A stretch of DNA of 63,494 nucleotides, filler included, from Choristocarpus tenellus KU-1152 (Eukaryota; Protista; Phaeophyceae), in NCBI GenBank assembly GCA_964200185.2. It is 7 parts of 7 records of this genome, joined end to end, with 100 filler letters (N's around TTAATTAATTAA, not from the genome) between each part and the next. Parts side by side here need not be neighbours in the genome. Positions count along the whole stretch, not along the records: positions 1 to 17,636 come from CAXNAD020000644.1; positions 17,737 to 34,948 come from CAXNAD020000701.1; 5 more parts are not named here. One strand, given 5' to 3'. How positions within the stretch are numbered: position 1 is the stretch's first letter; each line of letters begins with the position of its first letter. Below, one piece after another: positions 11,701 to 24,755 of the stretch. The notes under the pieces were generated by a model. The model was not told the DNA's origin. It made no database searches and saw nothing but the letters and a program-made list of their open reading frames with translations. The position numbers and the translations under genes are program-made.

Positions 11701-14700
11701 CGAGCCGGTGTGATCTTTTTAGATATATTTCCAGTAAGTATATATTTATATATATGATGCTAACGGAATATTCAATACTGCACACTCTCATCGGCTTCTT
11801 CCACACTTAGAACACTCTGTCAACTACATCAATTGCATGTCTACTTCCATATTTTTCCACCGTAGACCAAGCACGTTCACAAAAAATATAACACAAGCCC
11901 TAACTCTGACACCTTTCATCAAATAAAAATAAAGTCCACTCAATGCACCGCAAGGTCTCCCTGTCTCAGATCTGAGCAATATATCAGGGCAAATGTTGTG
12001 AAACCCTAACATAAATTTTCTAAACTTGCCAATTTTTGGGTGGCAACAAAAAAGTATTGATAACCCATAGGACAATAACACCGTGACATTCTCACCCATG
12101 CATCCGCCATATAGATAAGGGTTGGAGTCTGTTAATACACTCTTTACTGATCCTCCCCCCCCCCAAATACCTTAGAGCTAGACCCTTCACTAGCCAAGCC
12201 ACATGGCTGACAAACAAATGACTATTCATCCTGTGTGCCGATTACATCACCTCACATATTATACTTGCAACTATTGTTGAGAACAGAACTTGGACTTTGA
12301 ATTTTACATCACTCTCGAACACCACCCCGCCTGCCCTGCTGTCAGTGAGCTGATCGCAACATTGGATTTTGTACCCCAAACAGACATGGCCCTACCCTCT
12401 AAGATGCTTTGACTCATCCTCATATATGTACAAACTACTTGCCCACAGCAGACAAGACAAATGGTGCAACAGCTCTAATCTATGTACTTTGTTGGGTATC
12501 ATTCATCCTTTCTCAAAACCCACTAATGCATCAGTCCAGACATGGTGCAGGAACTGGAGGAGTACGGTCCTTCCCCATCATTTCCACTGTGTATGCATTT
12601 CACAACAGAAAACACGTCTAGCAACAAAACCCTAATCCTCGTACAACGCATCAACAAACTACAGTCTTAGCACAAACCAAGAGACGTGGCTCGTAATGCA
12701 ATGAAATCACAAAACTACTAAAAATAAAACTTTCTTTTTTTTGTTTCTGGTCAAGATAGTTCCAAGATAGTTGCAATATGGATTATGGTAAACAAACTCT
12801 CCTCCCGAGAGACTTGAAAGCACATCTGGACAATCAACCCCCACTTCAATTGTCTTTGGCACTGCCCACCACTGTTGTCTCTTTGCACATATACACCAAG
12901 ATGGTCCTGCATTTGCCTTCACCTAACCCAAAGTTCACAATTAAAGCAGCACACTATCAAACAAGAAGCTACTCGCATCAAAACCCCCAATACATTCCAT
13001 TACCCCACAACAAGCAAGTCACCGCACATATCTTTCTCAACTCACCCTCCACTGTCCCTGTCCCTATCCCTGTCCCGCCTGCCATTGTCCCTGTCACGTT
13101 CCCTGTCCCTGTCCCTATCCCTTCCATAATCCCGGTCCTTGTCCCTATCCCTTCCATAGTCCTTGCCTCTACCATAGTCCCTGTCCCTATCCCTGTCTCT
13201 GTAGCCATCTCTACTGTAGTTCCTGTCCCTATCCTTGTCTCTGTAGCCGTCTCTGCTGTAGTCACGGTCCCTATAAAAAAAACATAAAAAGGCAAAAAAA
13301 AGTAAATTGTAAGCATTACATTTTCATACACTTGCTAGTGTACATGTGGACTATATAATTCAAAGCTTGTGTAAATAATCCTGTACTGTGATGTGTATTG
13401 TACAAGGCGCAGATCATATACTAGACACAAGGAAGCAGAAAGCTGTCTGCACTTATTGTTAGAGTGTCATTTGTAATGCGGAAGGGTCCCCCTTGTATCA
13501 TAACCAGGAAATCCATCAACTCTCTTGTAGAGCTGGGGACAACTCGATTTGTCTAGGTGCCACTATATTACCCTAACATTTTTAACACAAAAGTATTTTG
13601 TATAGTAACAACCACACCACTTGATTTTGTTTTCTACAGCTACCTATTTCCTTTTCCAAGTAAATAAGGACAATCTATAGCCTTCCCACCCACCAAACCA
13701 ATCAAAAACTGTAACGCCAACACAGGCAGTACCCTTTCACATGCCAATATTAAATCTGCGTCCACCCATGCCCACATTCTACTATGACTCACTTTATCCA
13801 CTACTTCCACTTTTCTCAACCGAGTCAAGCACAAAGTAGAATCTCAAAGCAAAGAATCATATTCAATCTCCACTTGGCTCAAAAATCTCAAGTTTCCTCA
13901 CCTATCACCATCTCGTCCACCATAGCCACCTGCACTGCCCCCCTTCCACTCCTCTCTTCTTTCCTTGTATCCACCACGGGGTCCAAATTTATTCCGAAAG
14001 GATATTTCCATCCTTAGGACTGCACCATGCAGAGTGCACCCATGCAGAGACCTCACAGCATCCCTGTACAACACATTGTATCATTAGGTGTTCCACACTT
14101 TTATCACTATACTAGATTTTGCAAACATGGGAAATGAGCCAAAGTATCTTAGAGGGTAGAGCCGCGTCCATTTGGGGGTCAAAATCCAATGTTGCGATTT
14201 TGATGTAATTTTGGCTATCGTGTTTGCCAGGAAGTGTCAATATCCATGTTCCAGACACACCTTTCATAACGAATACATTTTACCTACTCAAAACATTTTG
14301 GAGTAGGAAAATGTCATAAAAAAAACATGGAAAGGCAAACCCCAAATGGACAAACAGGGCAAAATCCAAACCCTCTAAGATACTTTCACTCAAATTAGAA
14401 TCAACAGTGTGTATTACTTCATGATTGAGAACCACTGTAAAACCTGTTGCAGCCAGATCCAACAGTACCACATTCCTTGAAAACATTCACAATCCTTCAA
14501 ACCAAACTCCCTCAAGTATTTTTTATTTTTCAATGCGCATAACCTGTAGCATGGAAAACACTATGGTTTTATCCATCAAAAGAGGACAATGCACTGGTTC
14601 GGATTCCACAGTCCCACTCCCACTCCTAGGCTTTGTATTATTATAGCTACACAGAGTAGAATAGCCCCAAACACCCAAAACATTACACTAACCCTAATAC

Positions 14701-15872
14701 TCACTTGGCATCCCTGGGATCGTCCATGTACACAAACCCAAATCCAGGTGGTTTCCTGGCCACCTGGCAAGAGAGATTGACAATATATATACATACATAC
14801 ATATATGCGAGGTACAGCAAGGTGTAAAGAGCAGAGGTTAAATCACTGCCAAATGACACAGGCTTTAGAGCAACCAACTGTACAATTTCTGCACAAAAGT
14901 TAGCTTTTCAATCACACACATCACAACCCCGCCCTTTTTTGAGAAATTAAGGTAACCCAACCCTGGCACAAACTCACCCCCACAGCCTTCCTCTTCATAT
15001 GAAAAACAAGCAACAGTAAGAACAAACAAAGTAACCATACTCCACCACCGTTGGACCGGTCCATACAGAAAATGGAAGCAGGTCAATACGGGCTAATTAC
15101 GCACAGTGTGATGCACAACATGTTGTCATGGAAGGATTAACAATACACACTTTAGTACAGGAGTGGTACGTAATGGATGGATTCGTGAACAACGGGGGCC
15201 GAACAAGCACATGATCAATAGAAGAACTTTGAAGAGGCCTTATTGATGGACAATGGAGGTCGAACAAGCACATGATCAATAGAAGAACATCGAAGAGGCC
15301 TTATTGATGGACAATGGAGTTCGAACAAGCACATGATCAATAGAAGAACATCGAAGAGCCTCAATGATGGACAATACTGCTTGAACAAGAGCACGATAGA
15401 TGAAGATCCTCAAGTCTCGATTCTTGTGCTAATGACGGCCAGATTCCCAGACATAGACATATGTCTCTGAGGTCTGGTGTACATTGATGACATGCCCATC
15501 GTTTGTTCTTTTTGAATTGTACTGGAGGTGTGGGGGGCGGAACTAGGCAGGAAGGCCTCCATCCAAGTTTGCATCTTTCACCTTAGGGGCTTTTTTTTTA
15601 AGGATTTGGGTTGGGGTTAGGGTGCTTTTAGAGGGGCCATGCCGGGAAGGATTTTCTCTCATAAACAATAGGAAACAGGGGATTGGGACATAAGGATATT
15701 TTCTTTGAAATATGAAAACACGGAATCTCATACTGAGATCTGCGATAATGCTTCCACCTATACTTTATTCTTTTTCTCACCCAGATATCATTAATCCTGC
15801 CATATTTGGCGAAAAGGTCTTCCAAGTCGTGCTTGTTGGATGTCGGGTTCATATTTCCCACCCAGATATTCG
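8728..15872 (-). CDS. SR splicing factor, SRSF1/4/5/6-like (RRM + RD-rich linker + pseudo-RRM + RS domain + acidic tail)
   Basis: Phase-consistent exons 15872-15781 ([23 protein letters not shown]), 14763-14705 ([19 protein letters not shown]), 14063-13902, 13270-13046 (RD repeats), 10506-10393 ([19 protein letters not shown]) and 9469-8728 (GEGLVEF..KLDDT..RSRSRS). The first coding exon is uncertain; a phase-compatible candidate is 16104-16074 (MVNKYFSQEL). Confidence 0.92.
14136..14391 (-). mobile_element. MITE family A, full copy in reverse orientation inside an SR-gene intron
   Basis: GAGCCAAAGTATCTTAGAGGGTA...CCCTCTAAGATACTTTCACTC, flanked by aaat/aaat. A 3'-end fragment also occurs at ~12355-12415. 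Confidence 0.9.
15200..15410. repeat. 61-bp tandem repeat, ~3.5 copies, intronic
   Basis: gaacaagcacatgatcaatagaagaac...gatggacaat starts at 15201, 15262, 15323 and 15383. Confidence 0.9.
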
Positions 15873-17489
15873 CTGTGTGGATTGGTAAGCCAGAGGAGTT
15901 GGGGGGATGAAGTCAGCCTAGAGATCATGCACATTATTTTCTTTCAATGTGGACTTGAGTATAAAATTTCTACAAGTGGGGAAAGGAGGTTGGGGAAGAT
16001 ATTTTTCCACAAGTAACGTTTACTTGAGGTGTAGATGGGGAAAATACTCTCGTGTATCAAGGTTGTATTGTACCTAACTCTTGTGAAAAATACTTATTCA
16101 CCATGCCACCGTGCCATCTACTGTCTGGAGGGGTATATTTTTTATGGTAAAAAGAGTTCAGGGCACAACGTCCAAGCAATGATTTATTTTCGGGTACACA
16201 CAGCAATTCTTTGGAAGTACCAAGTCACAAATCAAAAAGTCATCAAGGACCGTTAACCAGGGGCGCATTCCGGATATACACCAACATTCCTTTTTAAGAA
16301 AGGTTCAGGTCCCGACTACGAGAATGCGTTTACCAATCCATAAACCATTGGGTTCCGCCCTGTTTGCTTGTCTGACACACCCAAAGAAGCCTGCCTATTC
16401 GATCTGAAAAGCCAAAGTATCTAGAGATAGGAAGTAGAAGTTTTACGCAAAAAAATGAAAAAAGGGTCACACACTAATAGGAACATATGGACATCCAAGC
16501 CATACCAAAACAGATCCAGCGTCGAATATGTGAGGCCGAGGTTTTCTCACCCAGTGAAGAACGGGTGAAACTGAGGAAGTTGACAAAATTTACTGTTCGA
16601 AAGAGCTAATGCGGAAACTTGCATTTTTCCTCTACCTTCCATATTAAAATCTGGAACCTATTACAGTACAAGTTAGCATCATCTTCCAGCACTGAGACGA
16701 GGGGTAGTAAAAGGGATCTCTTCCACCAGCCTCACACTCCAAATTCAATTCCGGTCGTCTACACTCACCCGAATCGCTTCGGGAATCGGGGGAGATGGAC
16801 CTTCCCATGGTGATTCTCGAAGATGTTCACGCCTGACGTTAATCTGGCAGTTCCTTCCCTAGGTCGCCTCTCTCAGTACCTACCTCAGACTATGTCGAAG
16901 TGTTGTGAGGGGATTAGATGGAGTTAGTTGACCATACATAATACCATTAATTCCTATCTATAAATTAGTTGTATATACTATTTATTAAGTATTATCAGTT
17001 ATTTAGTATTATTTTATCATTATCCCCTTCAACAGTTTGGACAGGTAATATATTAGTAGTAGTCGTTACAGGTTTTAAACTTACAATTCCAACTTTTTGT
17101 TAAGATGTGGTGATGTTTAAAGTATCTTCGATTTAGAGGAATTCCACAACTACAACTACTATTTCCATTTGTTATATTGAGTAATTTAGGTAGAACTCCA
17201 TGTACAATAGTAGTGTAATATTTTCTATCATGTACGATCATCATTTGCGGTGATGGACAGGGACTCGGTGAATTGCGGGATTCTCATCCGATTATTTTCA
17301 ATTTTGATATTTCTGGACAGCCTTTATGGTACCATTAATTTCTTGCTTCATCAAATAGTACATAATATATTACTACTACTTCAACTACCACCTACACTCT
17401 ATTGGTGTATTGAAAGGCCTTATGTTATTAGAAGCAGTTACTCTTTTTATTGTTGTATTGATATTATTTTCATTATTTTATTATTATGA

Positions 17490-17636
17490 CCTCTGACATT
17501 TTGCAGATGTGTCAGTGGGAAACCAATGAAAACTATATACATATGTGTATATAAAATGTCCATCTATATTTTTATTATTATGCCCTCTTACATTTTGCAG
17601 ATGTGTCAGGGGAAAACCAATGAAAACTATATACAT
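17490..17636. repeat. ~94-bp tandem duplication running into the contig end
   Basis: ctctNacattttgcagatgtgtcag..aaccaatgaaaactatatacat occurs at 17491 and 17585. Confidence 0.75.
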
Positions 17637-17736
17637 NNNNNNNNNNNNNNNNNNNNNNNNNNNNNNNNNNNNNNNNNNNNTTAATTAATTAANNNNNNNN
17701 NNNNNNNNNNNNNNNNNNNNNNNNNNNNNNNNNNNN
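17637..17736. other. Artificial contig linker (N44-TTAATTAATTAA-N44); also at 34949-35048, 38062-38161, 52743-52842, 55404-55503 and 60696-60795
   Basis: The same 100-bp spacer appears six times, with a core that gives stops in all six frames. Confidence 0.97.
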
Positions 17737-18302
17737 CTAGGCTACAGGCATCACTAGTGCACTTCATACTCTAGGAGGGATGGGGGTCACTGCCTATAAC
17801 GCAATTGTGGCAGTCGGGGCAGCAGCCGGCCAAACAGAGGCATCACGCTTGTCTGGAATCCAGAGCATTGTTGGCTCTGGGGTGGGAATGATATCAAAGG
17901 CTGCTTCTTCTGCAAAGCGAGCTGTGGGGAGAAGGAGTAAAAAAGGTGGCACATGTTCATAGACTTCAACAGCATTTGGGATGGGTAGAAAGTGTCATGA
18001 TTGTGTTTGTTAGGGTTAGGGTTAGGGTAAATTCACTCTTGTAGAGCATGAAATGAGAGATAACGGGGATGGGAAAGGCATTCAGTGCTGGTGTGGTTCA
18101 CCAGCAGGTAAATTTCATGAACATAAACCTCCTCCACAACATGGTTGTGCACCCCCTAAACACAATAATTTTTATATGTCAGTTTCTGATTGAGAGCTAT
18201 AATTATTCTGAGGACAGGGTGCAGTGAACTCCCAATGCCACAATTACACCCCATCTCTCACAAGACAAGTGTATGATATGACCCTTTTTTCCAACGAACA
18301 AG

Positions 18303-21300
18303 GCAATGATACAAAACAGAATGGTGAGGGAGAGTCGAGAGGGGTTCATGGTGTAACCAACTACATATCATCTTTCTTGGAGAGTGCTGGTGCTGTCCCA
18401 GTCAGTCCGCAGAACCTGTTGAAACTGCTCAAGGCAGGACAATGTGTGCTACTCTTCCCAGGAGGAGTAAAAGAGGCTCTCCACCAAAAGGTACATGGGA
18501 AGGTGAAGCCTGAACACCTACCTGCCAAGCACATTTCTTGCAGATTTGATTGGTATTTTTCTATTGCCATGAATTCAAAACAGGCAGTGTATATTTCCAA
18601 GATGGCGAATTTAACATATAAACAGTCTATACGGACGGTATCATATAGTATGTACTGACTATGTTAATTCTATGAACAGTATGTCATAGTATGTACTGAC
18701 TATGTTAATTCTTTTAACAGTATGTCATAGTATGTACTGACCATGTTAATTCTTTGAACAGTATGTTATAGTATGTACTGACCATGTTAATTCTTTGAAC
18801 AGTATGTTATAGTATGTACTGACCATGTTAATTCTTCCTCTCAAAGGAGAAGAGAGGTCTTCATTTGATCCTACTATTTCACCTACTACATGTACTCATG
18901 CCGATTACTGAGAATCACTGTGCAAAAGCCCTAGGCATTCTGTCACTTGTTCTAGTTGACAACTTTTCAGCCATACTGTATGAATTCACCTGATCACAAA
19001 ACCCCAGCAATGTGTTTTGTGGTACATTCCCTAGTCAGTCTCTATCTACACTCTCTACACCAGCAGTTCAAAATATGTCTCCAAATAGCAGGCAAATGAA
19101 GTTGTTGATCTGGGGCAGATAGCACTGGTCCAATGGTGACAACAAGAGTGGTATTATCCTAGTCTTTGAGAGAGACATTGGACCTTGAAGGCAAGCAGTG
19201 CATGGAAACATTGTTGACTAATCTTACACTAATTCTATGCCCTTCATCACATTGATTGCACAGGGAGAGGCCTACCAAATGTTTTGGCCAGAGAAGAGCG
19301 AGTTTGTTCGCATGGCAGCAGCTTACAATGCCACATTGGTTCCCTTTGCTGCAGTAGGCTCAGCTGACAGGTACAGTACAGAGTTGCTCATTCAAATTGT
19401 ACACAGTATTAGAAGTTGGGTAATATTGCATTCCTGACCACGATCAGTAATTTCTTACCATCCTACTGTACCATCCATTCCACATATCATGGATTCTCTC
19501 TAAGGCTGTTTCTTGCGATGCACCAGTTGATCTTGAAATTACTCAGAAGCACGCAGGCTTACTGGACAGTCCAGAGTAGATGGGTGGGAGGACAACAATG
19601 AGCTGGCATTTTTGCCCAGAAGGGCCTATTAATATAGCATTGTTTTTTTTTGTGTGGTAAGGGGTATGACTGAGGTCCAAATTTCTAAATGCTTGTGCCT
19701 TGCAGCCTTAGTGGTGGCTGGTTCTATGGGGGCAAACCGAAGACCTGGAGATTTTGGTATGTTAGGCCAACTAAAATGTTGAGGAATTGGTTCTATTGAA
19801 GGAAGGAACTAAAAAGATGGGTTGAAGTAGTTTAAGTACAGCATTTGACTTGCATGTGACTTTCAAGTATGAATAAGAGGAGAGGCGTTGAAGAGTCCCT
19901 CCTTATGAATAGTCTGATGTAGGAGTTAAACGGTATTCAGCTCTATTGATACTGTCTCAAAGTTGATTGTAAATTACTTGTTTAAAGTGATGGAGTGGTA
20001 TTTCCATGAAAAAAAAAGGTAGAAAAATCATAGTTCTGGTTCTCCCACAGCCCTTGTACACTGGAACAAGAGCCTTGAGGCCCCACCCTGGTGGCATGAA
20101 CCCAGATTGAAGCTTGTAGTGCCCAGGAGAAAAATATTATTTCCCTTCTATTTATAGCATGCCATGCCTCATGCAGACAAGTGCAGCAATCTCGTACACG
20201 ATTATTGTTCTTGAATATTATTAATAAAAAAAGATGAGGATCAACGATGCTTTCAACTTAGAGATAACAATCACATCAACAACATTTTTCATTTATCAAA
20301 ATCAATCATGCCTCAGGGAGCGGAGTAGGTGTAGCATGCTACTAATATATTAATTCTAGCATGCTATTCATATCAAGGTGAGAACAGGGAGGATATCTGC
20401 CCCTTTCTGCACTCAAAGTTTTTCATTTACACAATGAGATGTTTCATATTGAAAACAATAAAAAAGAACTGGCTTTGGACCAATATGCACCATACATTTT
20501 TTGAACAAAAAATGGTTCTAAATTGTTCTTAAAAAAACTCATCCTATTCTTGATGCAATTATGAAGGAATTCTCTACACTATAGCAACCATAGCAGCAGT
20601 GCATTCCTATTCTTCCTATGCTGGAAGTTAAAATATTGTTCTATCTACGTTCCACACTTTGGTGAACATCAAAATTTGAGCAACTGATTTTTTTTGTCCC
20701 TGCATGGCACAATAAGTACGGAGATTCTGCTGGATGTAAATGACATGTTCAACCTCCCCTATGGGGTTGGGGATAAGATGAAGGAAGTGTCAGATCTCCT
20801 TCCCCGTGCTCGTGTAAATGATGCAAAAGAACACTTCATTCCCCCAGTCACTCGCCCAAAGGTAAGGACCAATGAAATACGATATTATTATTACTGTCAA
20901 CACAATGCACCTACTCAGCACTTTGAAGTAACAATACTGTTTTCAAGATGATATTTTTAATGCACACGGTACAACCGTAGACTGGAAAAGTGAGAAGCGT
21001 GTTCTGTAGTGGTATCTACAGCAGCTCGGGAGCAGTGCACTGGGCATCCTCAAAACAGGAGATCAAATCCAAGCATAAGAGATGGTAGTCAATGAGGCCA
21101 CGCAAGTCACAAGTCACAAGTCACAAGTCAACCCTCTTATCCCCTTTCCCTAAATTTGGGACCATTGTCATCACTTCAGGTTCCTGCTCGTCACTACTTT
21201 GTGTTTGGGAGACCAATCGAGACCTCAGGAGTTGAAGCACAAGATCGAAAGGGATGTGAGGACCTCTATCAACAAGCCCGTTCTTCAGTTGAAGCAGGCA

Positions 21301-21746
21301 TACAATACCTTCTAGCTGCACGAGATCACGACCCCTATGCCAGTGCACCCAGGAGATACCTCTACGAATCAGTCATGGGAGTGCAGGTTAGAAAGTATTG
21401 TGAACTGAATGAAGATCCAAGCTTAGGGTGTCAACTTCCACTGCAGAACACCTCACCACCAGGTGTCATTCATCTTGAAGAGTGGACAATGCTGACAATA
21501 AAAAAAAACAGATTCTGCAACATTTTGTATATTGGGATTGTAGCAAACGCATCTTGTTGTGGTATTGTTTCATTCATTTGGTTAAGTTCAAGGTCATTGT
21601 CAAGGTGAAGTCAACAACACCATTATCACAGCAACTAAACCCAACACTCCTGCTGCCCCAACCACTATGGACAGGCCCCAACTTTTCCTCTGGATGCAGT
21701 GCCGGTGGGCAAGGACATGGTGTATCCCTTTCCAACAGAGGTGTAA
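18303..21746 (+). CDS. Phytyl-ester-synthase/ELT-type acyltransferase (DGAT2/DAGAT-like domain), 5'-partial
   Basis: Exons ~18303-18490 (GAVPVSPQNLLKLL..VLLFPGGVKEALHQK), 19264-19370 (GEAYQMFWPEKSEFVRMAA..VPFAAVG), 20717-20861, 21180-21386 (VPARHYFVFGRPIET..RDHDPY) and 21675-21746 (APTFPL..*). These motifs match the C-terminal half of plant PES1/PES2. Confidence 0.88.
18646..18834. repeat. 41-bp tandem repeat, ~4.6 copies, intronic
   Basis: gtatgtactgac(t/c)atgttaattctttgaacagtatgt(c/t)ata starts at ~18648, 18689, 18730, 18771 and 18812. Confidence 0.9.
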
Positions 21747-22029
21747 ATTCCTCATTAGTAAATCATCCCTCACACGATCAAAAGACAATGTTGCTTGGTT
21801 TCACACTGCTTATATAAATACTTGAGTCAACCTCAAGGTCATAAGTGGCAGGTGAATAATAGTACATGAAAAACTGTACAATGCAGGCGTTACCTGTATA
21901 TTAGGTAATAAAATCCATCACAGAACATGTTAAGGATAGAAAAGAAGTGCTTGTTCAAGGGTGTTCACACGCCATTTGCTCTACAATGATAGCTATTAGT
22001 TATCAAGCCAATCACGTAGTAACAAGTCT

Positions 22030-24582
22030 TCAGGGGGAGGAGGGAAGCTTAGCACCTCCACTACCATCCTCACTTTGGTGCAAATCGCTGCCATCAAACT
22101 CATCAGCACCAAACGTAAAAATCTCCTCATTAGCAGCAACTGAAAGTTGCTCACGTAAAGCACTTACAAGTAGATTTTTCCCTTGGTTGCCAAGAGATAC
22201 TTTGGGTGATGGGCAGGATGCAAGGCCATCCTCAATGACATCCTGATGTTCGACCATCATGGCATCATGTTCAATCATCACTGGATCTACTTCCACAGAG
22301 TCAGGAAGCGTCTTTACACAAGTTTCAGGCTGGGGTCTTGCTTGAAGGACCCAGGAAAGCTCACCCATGAGCTGAGCACAAGAATCATCGCTTGGGTTCA
22401 ACGTTGGGGTAGAACAAGTAGATTCATGTACCATTTGTTCAGCTCTGTCTGGTGCTGCAACAGCAACCAGTATGTCAGTTATATTTCTATCCACTGCAGG
22501 ATTTATTCTCCCCTCGAGATTGTCATCTGCCTTTCCTCCCTCATATATATCAGGTCCACAAGTTCTTGGGCCTACAGAGGCAGTTTGCATCACCCCTGCG
22601 TCCACATGCTCACCAGGACCTGACACTGTGGAAAACAACATTGAGCAATTGTAATTTTAATGTCCAAGTTCTGATCCATTACTTGCAAATCTGTATGTTA
22701 AGGGAGTCAATATCACAGAAGGGAAGGATTTATGCGACTTGGTGCACCACTACCCTATCCACCATCTTTGGTCACTCACCTGGAGGAGTTTCCATGTCAG
22801 AAGATTGAACACCAGTTGGTCCCAAACCATCGGTGTTTGCCTGTGCTAAGATCTCTATTGTCCTTTGCATATTGGTCCACATTGCATCCAACCTCGCATC
22901 TGTCAAAGCACTTTGAGCCAGTGTGAACTCTTGGAGGAGAGGCTGCCAGTCATACCCTGCATTGCCTGAGGAGATATTCATTGCCATGTGGAGTTTGCTT
23001 TGGCAAAGAAATAGGCGAACTAGGACTTCCTCAATGCCAAGTCGCAGCCCATAGAGGGTACTGCCAACAGCAGTGACATTGTTGCTGGGACTGGTAATAT
23101 CCCGAATGGGGAACCCGCAGTAATCTGCACCCATAACCACCACAAGCCTGCCAAGGGGAGTGGGACATCAATAAGTGTGTATGTTCATCGATTTATCAAA
23201 CACTATGAATAAAAAAAGGGCACTTCCATTCTTTATCAAGACATTCAGACGCTTTCTGCGATCAAAATATAAAATTGTACTCACCTCTCTGCTGCTGCCC
23301 TAAAGAGCTGCCCGAGGTGCTCCAAGCTTTCCAAAATTGAATCTCGCTCACTCTCAAATCGGACACCCATCTCCCAACAGGTCGGTGCTCTATCCAAACT
23401 AACTGCCACCATGAACACATAATCACGAAGAATTTTTGGAAGTTGAATCTCCAACTTAGATAACTGGGCGAGCATCTGTGGCTCAGTGTAGCATTTGCGC
23501 TCTGTATCCCCAGCATCCCAAACGTCAGTATATTGGTTTCCGTATGGCCACCTACATGCCGCTGCCACATAAATAGCATACGTCGTCTGCTCGATCGCTC
23601 CTTGGAGCACATCTGCAAGGGAAGTTCTAAGCTCGCGCACTGCTGGCCCTGTCGAGCTCCCTAGGTCACCAGCACCTTCAAATCGGGCTTCCATCCTGGA
23701 AATTGGAGGCATTGGTATAGAGAGGCGCAGGCCAAAGGAAAGAGCCTGTGCACACCGTACCATGCGCATGCAGGAAGAAATATTTCGAAAAAGTGGCTCA
23801 AGAGAGTGCTCTAGGCACTCCACACGAGCTTCCATCATGCGAGCGTCCCTGTGACCTGCGTCTCGGGCGAGCCTCTGGGCGATGAAGACAGATCCACAAA
23901 CAATCTCCACAGTAAGGATACCCCAGACTGGCGGTAATCGTCGCCAGCCACACCATAAAGCTGGGGACATCATATCAATGTGAGGTAATAAATGGCAAGA
24001 ATTCGGTCTTACAATAACATATCGAAGATCCCACAAGCAAAAAATTGAAGCAACAAAAAACACAAAATAGATGAACGGCATACCAAACAGAGTCGAACAT
24101 TTCAACATTGCCATACCTGCAGCAGCAGCCACAGCGGCCGTAGCAGTTATCGTGTCTTCAGGTCCGAGAAATTTACAGCCCCAGCCTTTTGGCATCACAC
24201 CCTTTCGCGGCCGGCTTAACCAGCGCCGTGACCATCCCCTGCTCCCACCTGGCAGTTTAGCATCTAGTCGATCGATCGATCTCAACACACCTTGACAGGA
24301 TGCACGATATGCAGTCTGTCGCACAGCAGATGGAGAGATTCGGATGATGTAAGGCATACACGAAACTAGGAACCTTGTGAACATCTTGGTTGGATGAAGG
24401 CTCTCGAACCAATGAAGGAAGGATCCATGTTGAGGTAATTCTTGCCGGCACCACTTGAGGCATTGCTCCCAAGCGCTACAGTGAGTCTCGGTATCATCAG
24501 AGTATTCGCTTCCATTGTCTCTATCTTCCAGCAGTGCCTGAGCTGATAGGTGATCCGCCAACGGTCCAGTAGGACGAGACAT
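22030..24582 (-). CDS. Membrane protein, possibly of the vezatin / myosin-binding-domain family
   Basis: Exons 24582-23285 (an upstream in-frame ATG near 24645 is possible), 23147-22780 and 22625-22030, with GT-AG sites and matching phases (2, 1). Hydrophobic segments are followed by AQALSFGLRLSIPMPPISRMEA, resembling the vezatin ELVSRGYRLSxPLPPISRxE motif. The gene is solid; the family call is tentative. Confidence 0.6.
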
Positions 24583-24755
24583 CCCATTTGACTGACACAC
24601 CGATGTGTGTAGATGTAGGACAAGTTGAGTTTGGGGTTTTGACATGAAATATAAATTTGAATTATTTTTCCTCCACAACACAATAATATTTGAAATTCTC
24701 CTTCCCACCACCCTCCCTCCTTGTTCCCATCTTGGTTGAATACAAAACAGACGTC
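24583..24755. promoter_or_regulatory. Very short divergent (bidirectional) promoter region
   Basis: There are 173 bp or fewer between the divergent ATGs of the vezatin-like gene and POLD1, inside a CpG-rich zone. Confidence 0.6.

Noticed and set aside
12778-13331. ORFs 12778-13287 (+) and 12978-13331 (-) with VPVPIP/GTGT repeats
   Set aside because: They are antisense or alternative-frame shadows of the RD-repeat exon of the SR gene.
16541-16560. CTGG|GTGAG donor suggesting a CUG start for the SR gene
   Set aside because: An ATG-containing phase-compatible exon exists at 16104-16074, and the donor could belong to a 5' UTR exon. This cannot be decided without transcripts.
17681-17692. Palindromic TTAATTAATTAA recurring six times
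   Set aside because: It is always centred in a 100-bp N spacer, so it is an artificial six-frame-stop linker and not biology. Synteny across the linkers, such as a POLD1-PDS5 cluster, is therefore not claimed.
17737-17962. Open frame ending ..RAVGRRSKKGGTCS* after the linker
   Set aside because: It could be a terminal exon or TE fragment, but it has no recognisable homology and does not fit the downstream acyltransferase.
18010-18028. (TTAGGG)3 telomere-like repeat
   Set aside because: It is too short and interstitial; similar 2-unit runs are scattered in introns.
15200-18834. 61-bp and 41-bp tandem arrays (and the 21-bp array at 54784) as possible CRISPR arrays
   Set aside because: The units are head-to-tail with no unique spacers, there are no cas genes, and the context is eukaryotic, mostly intronic.
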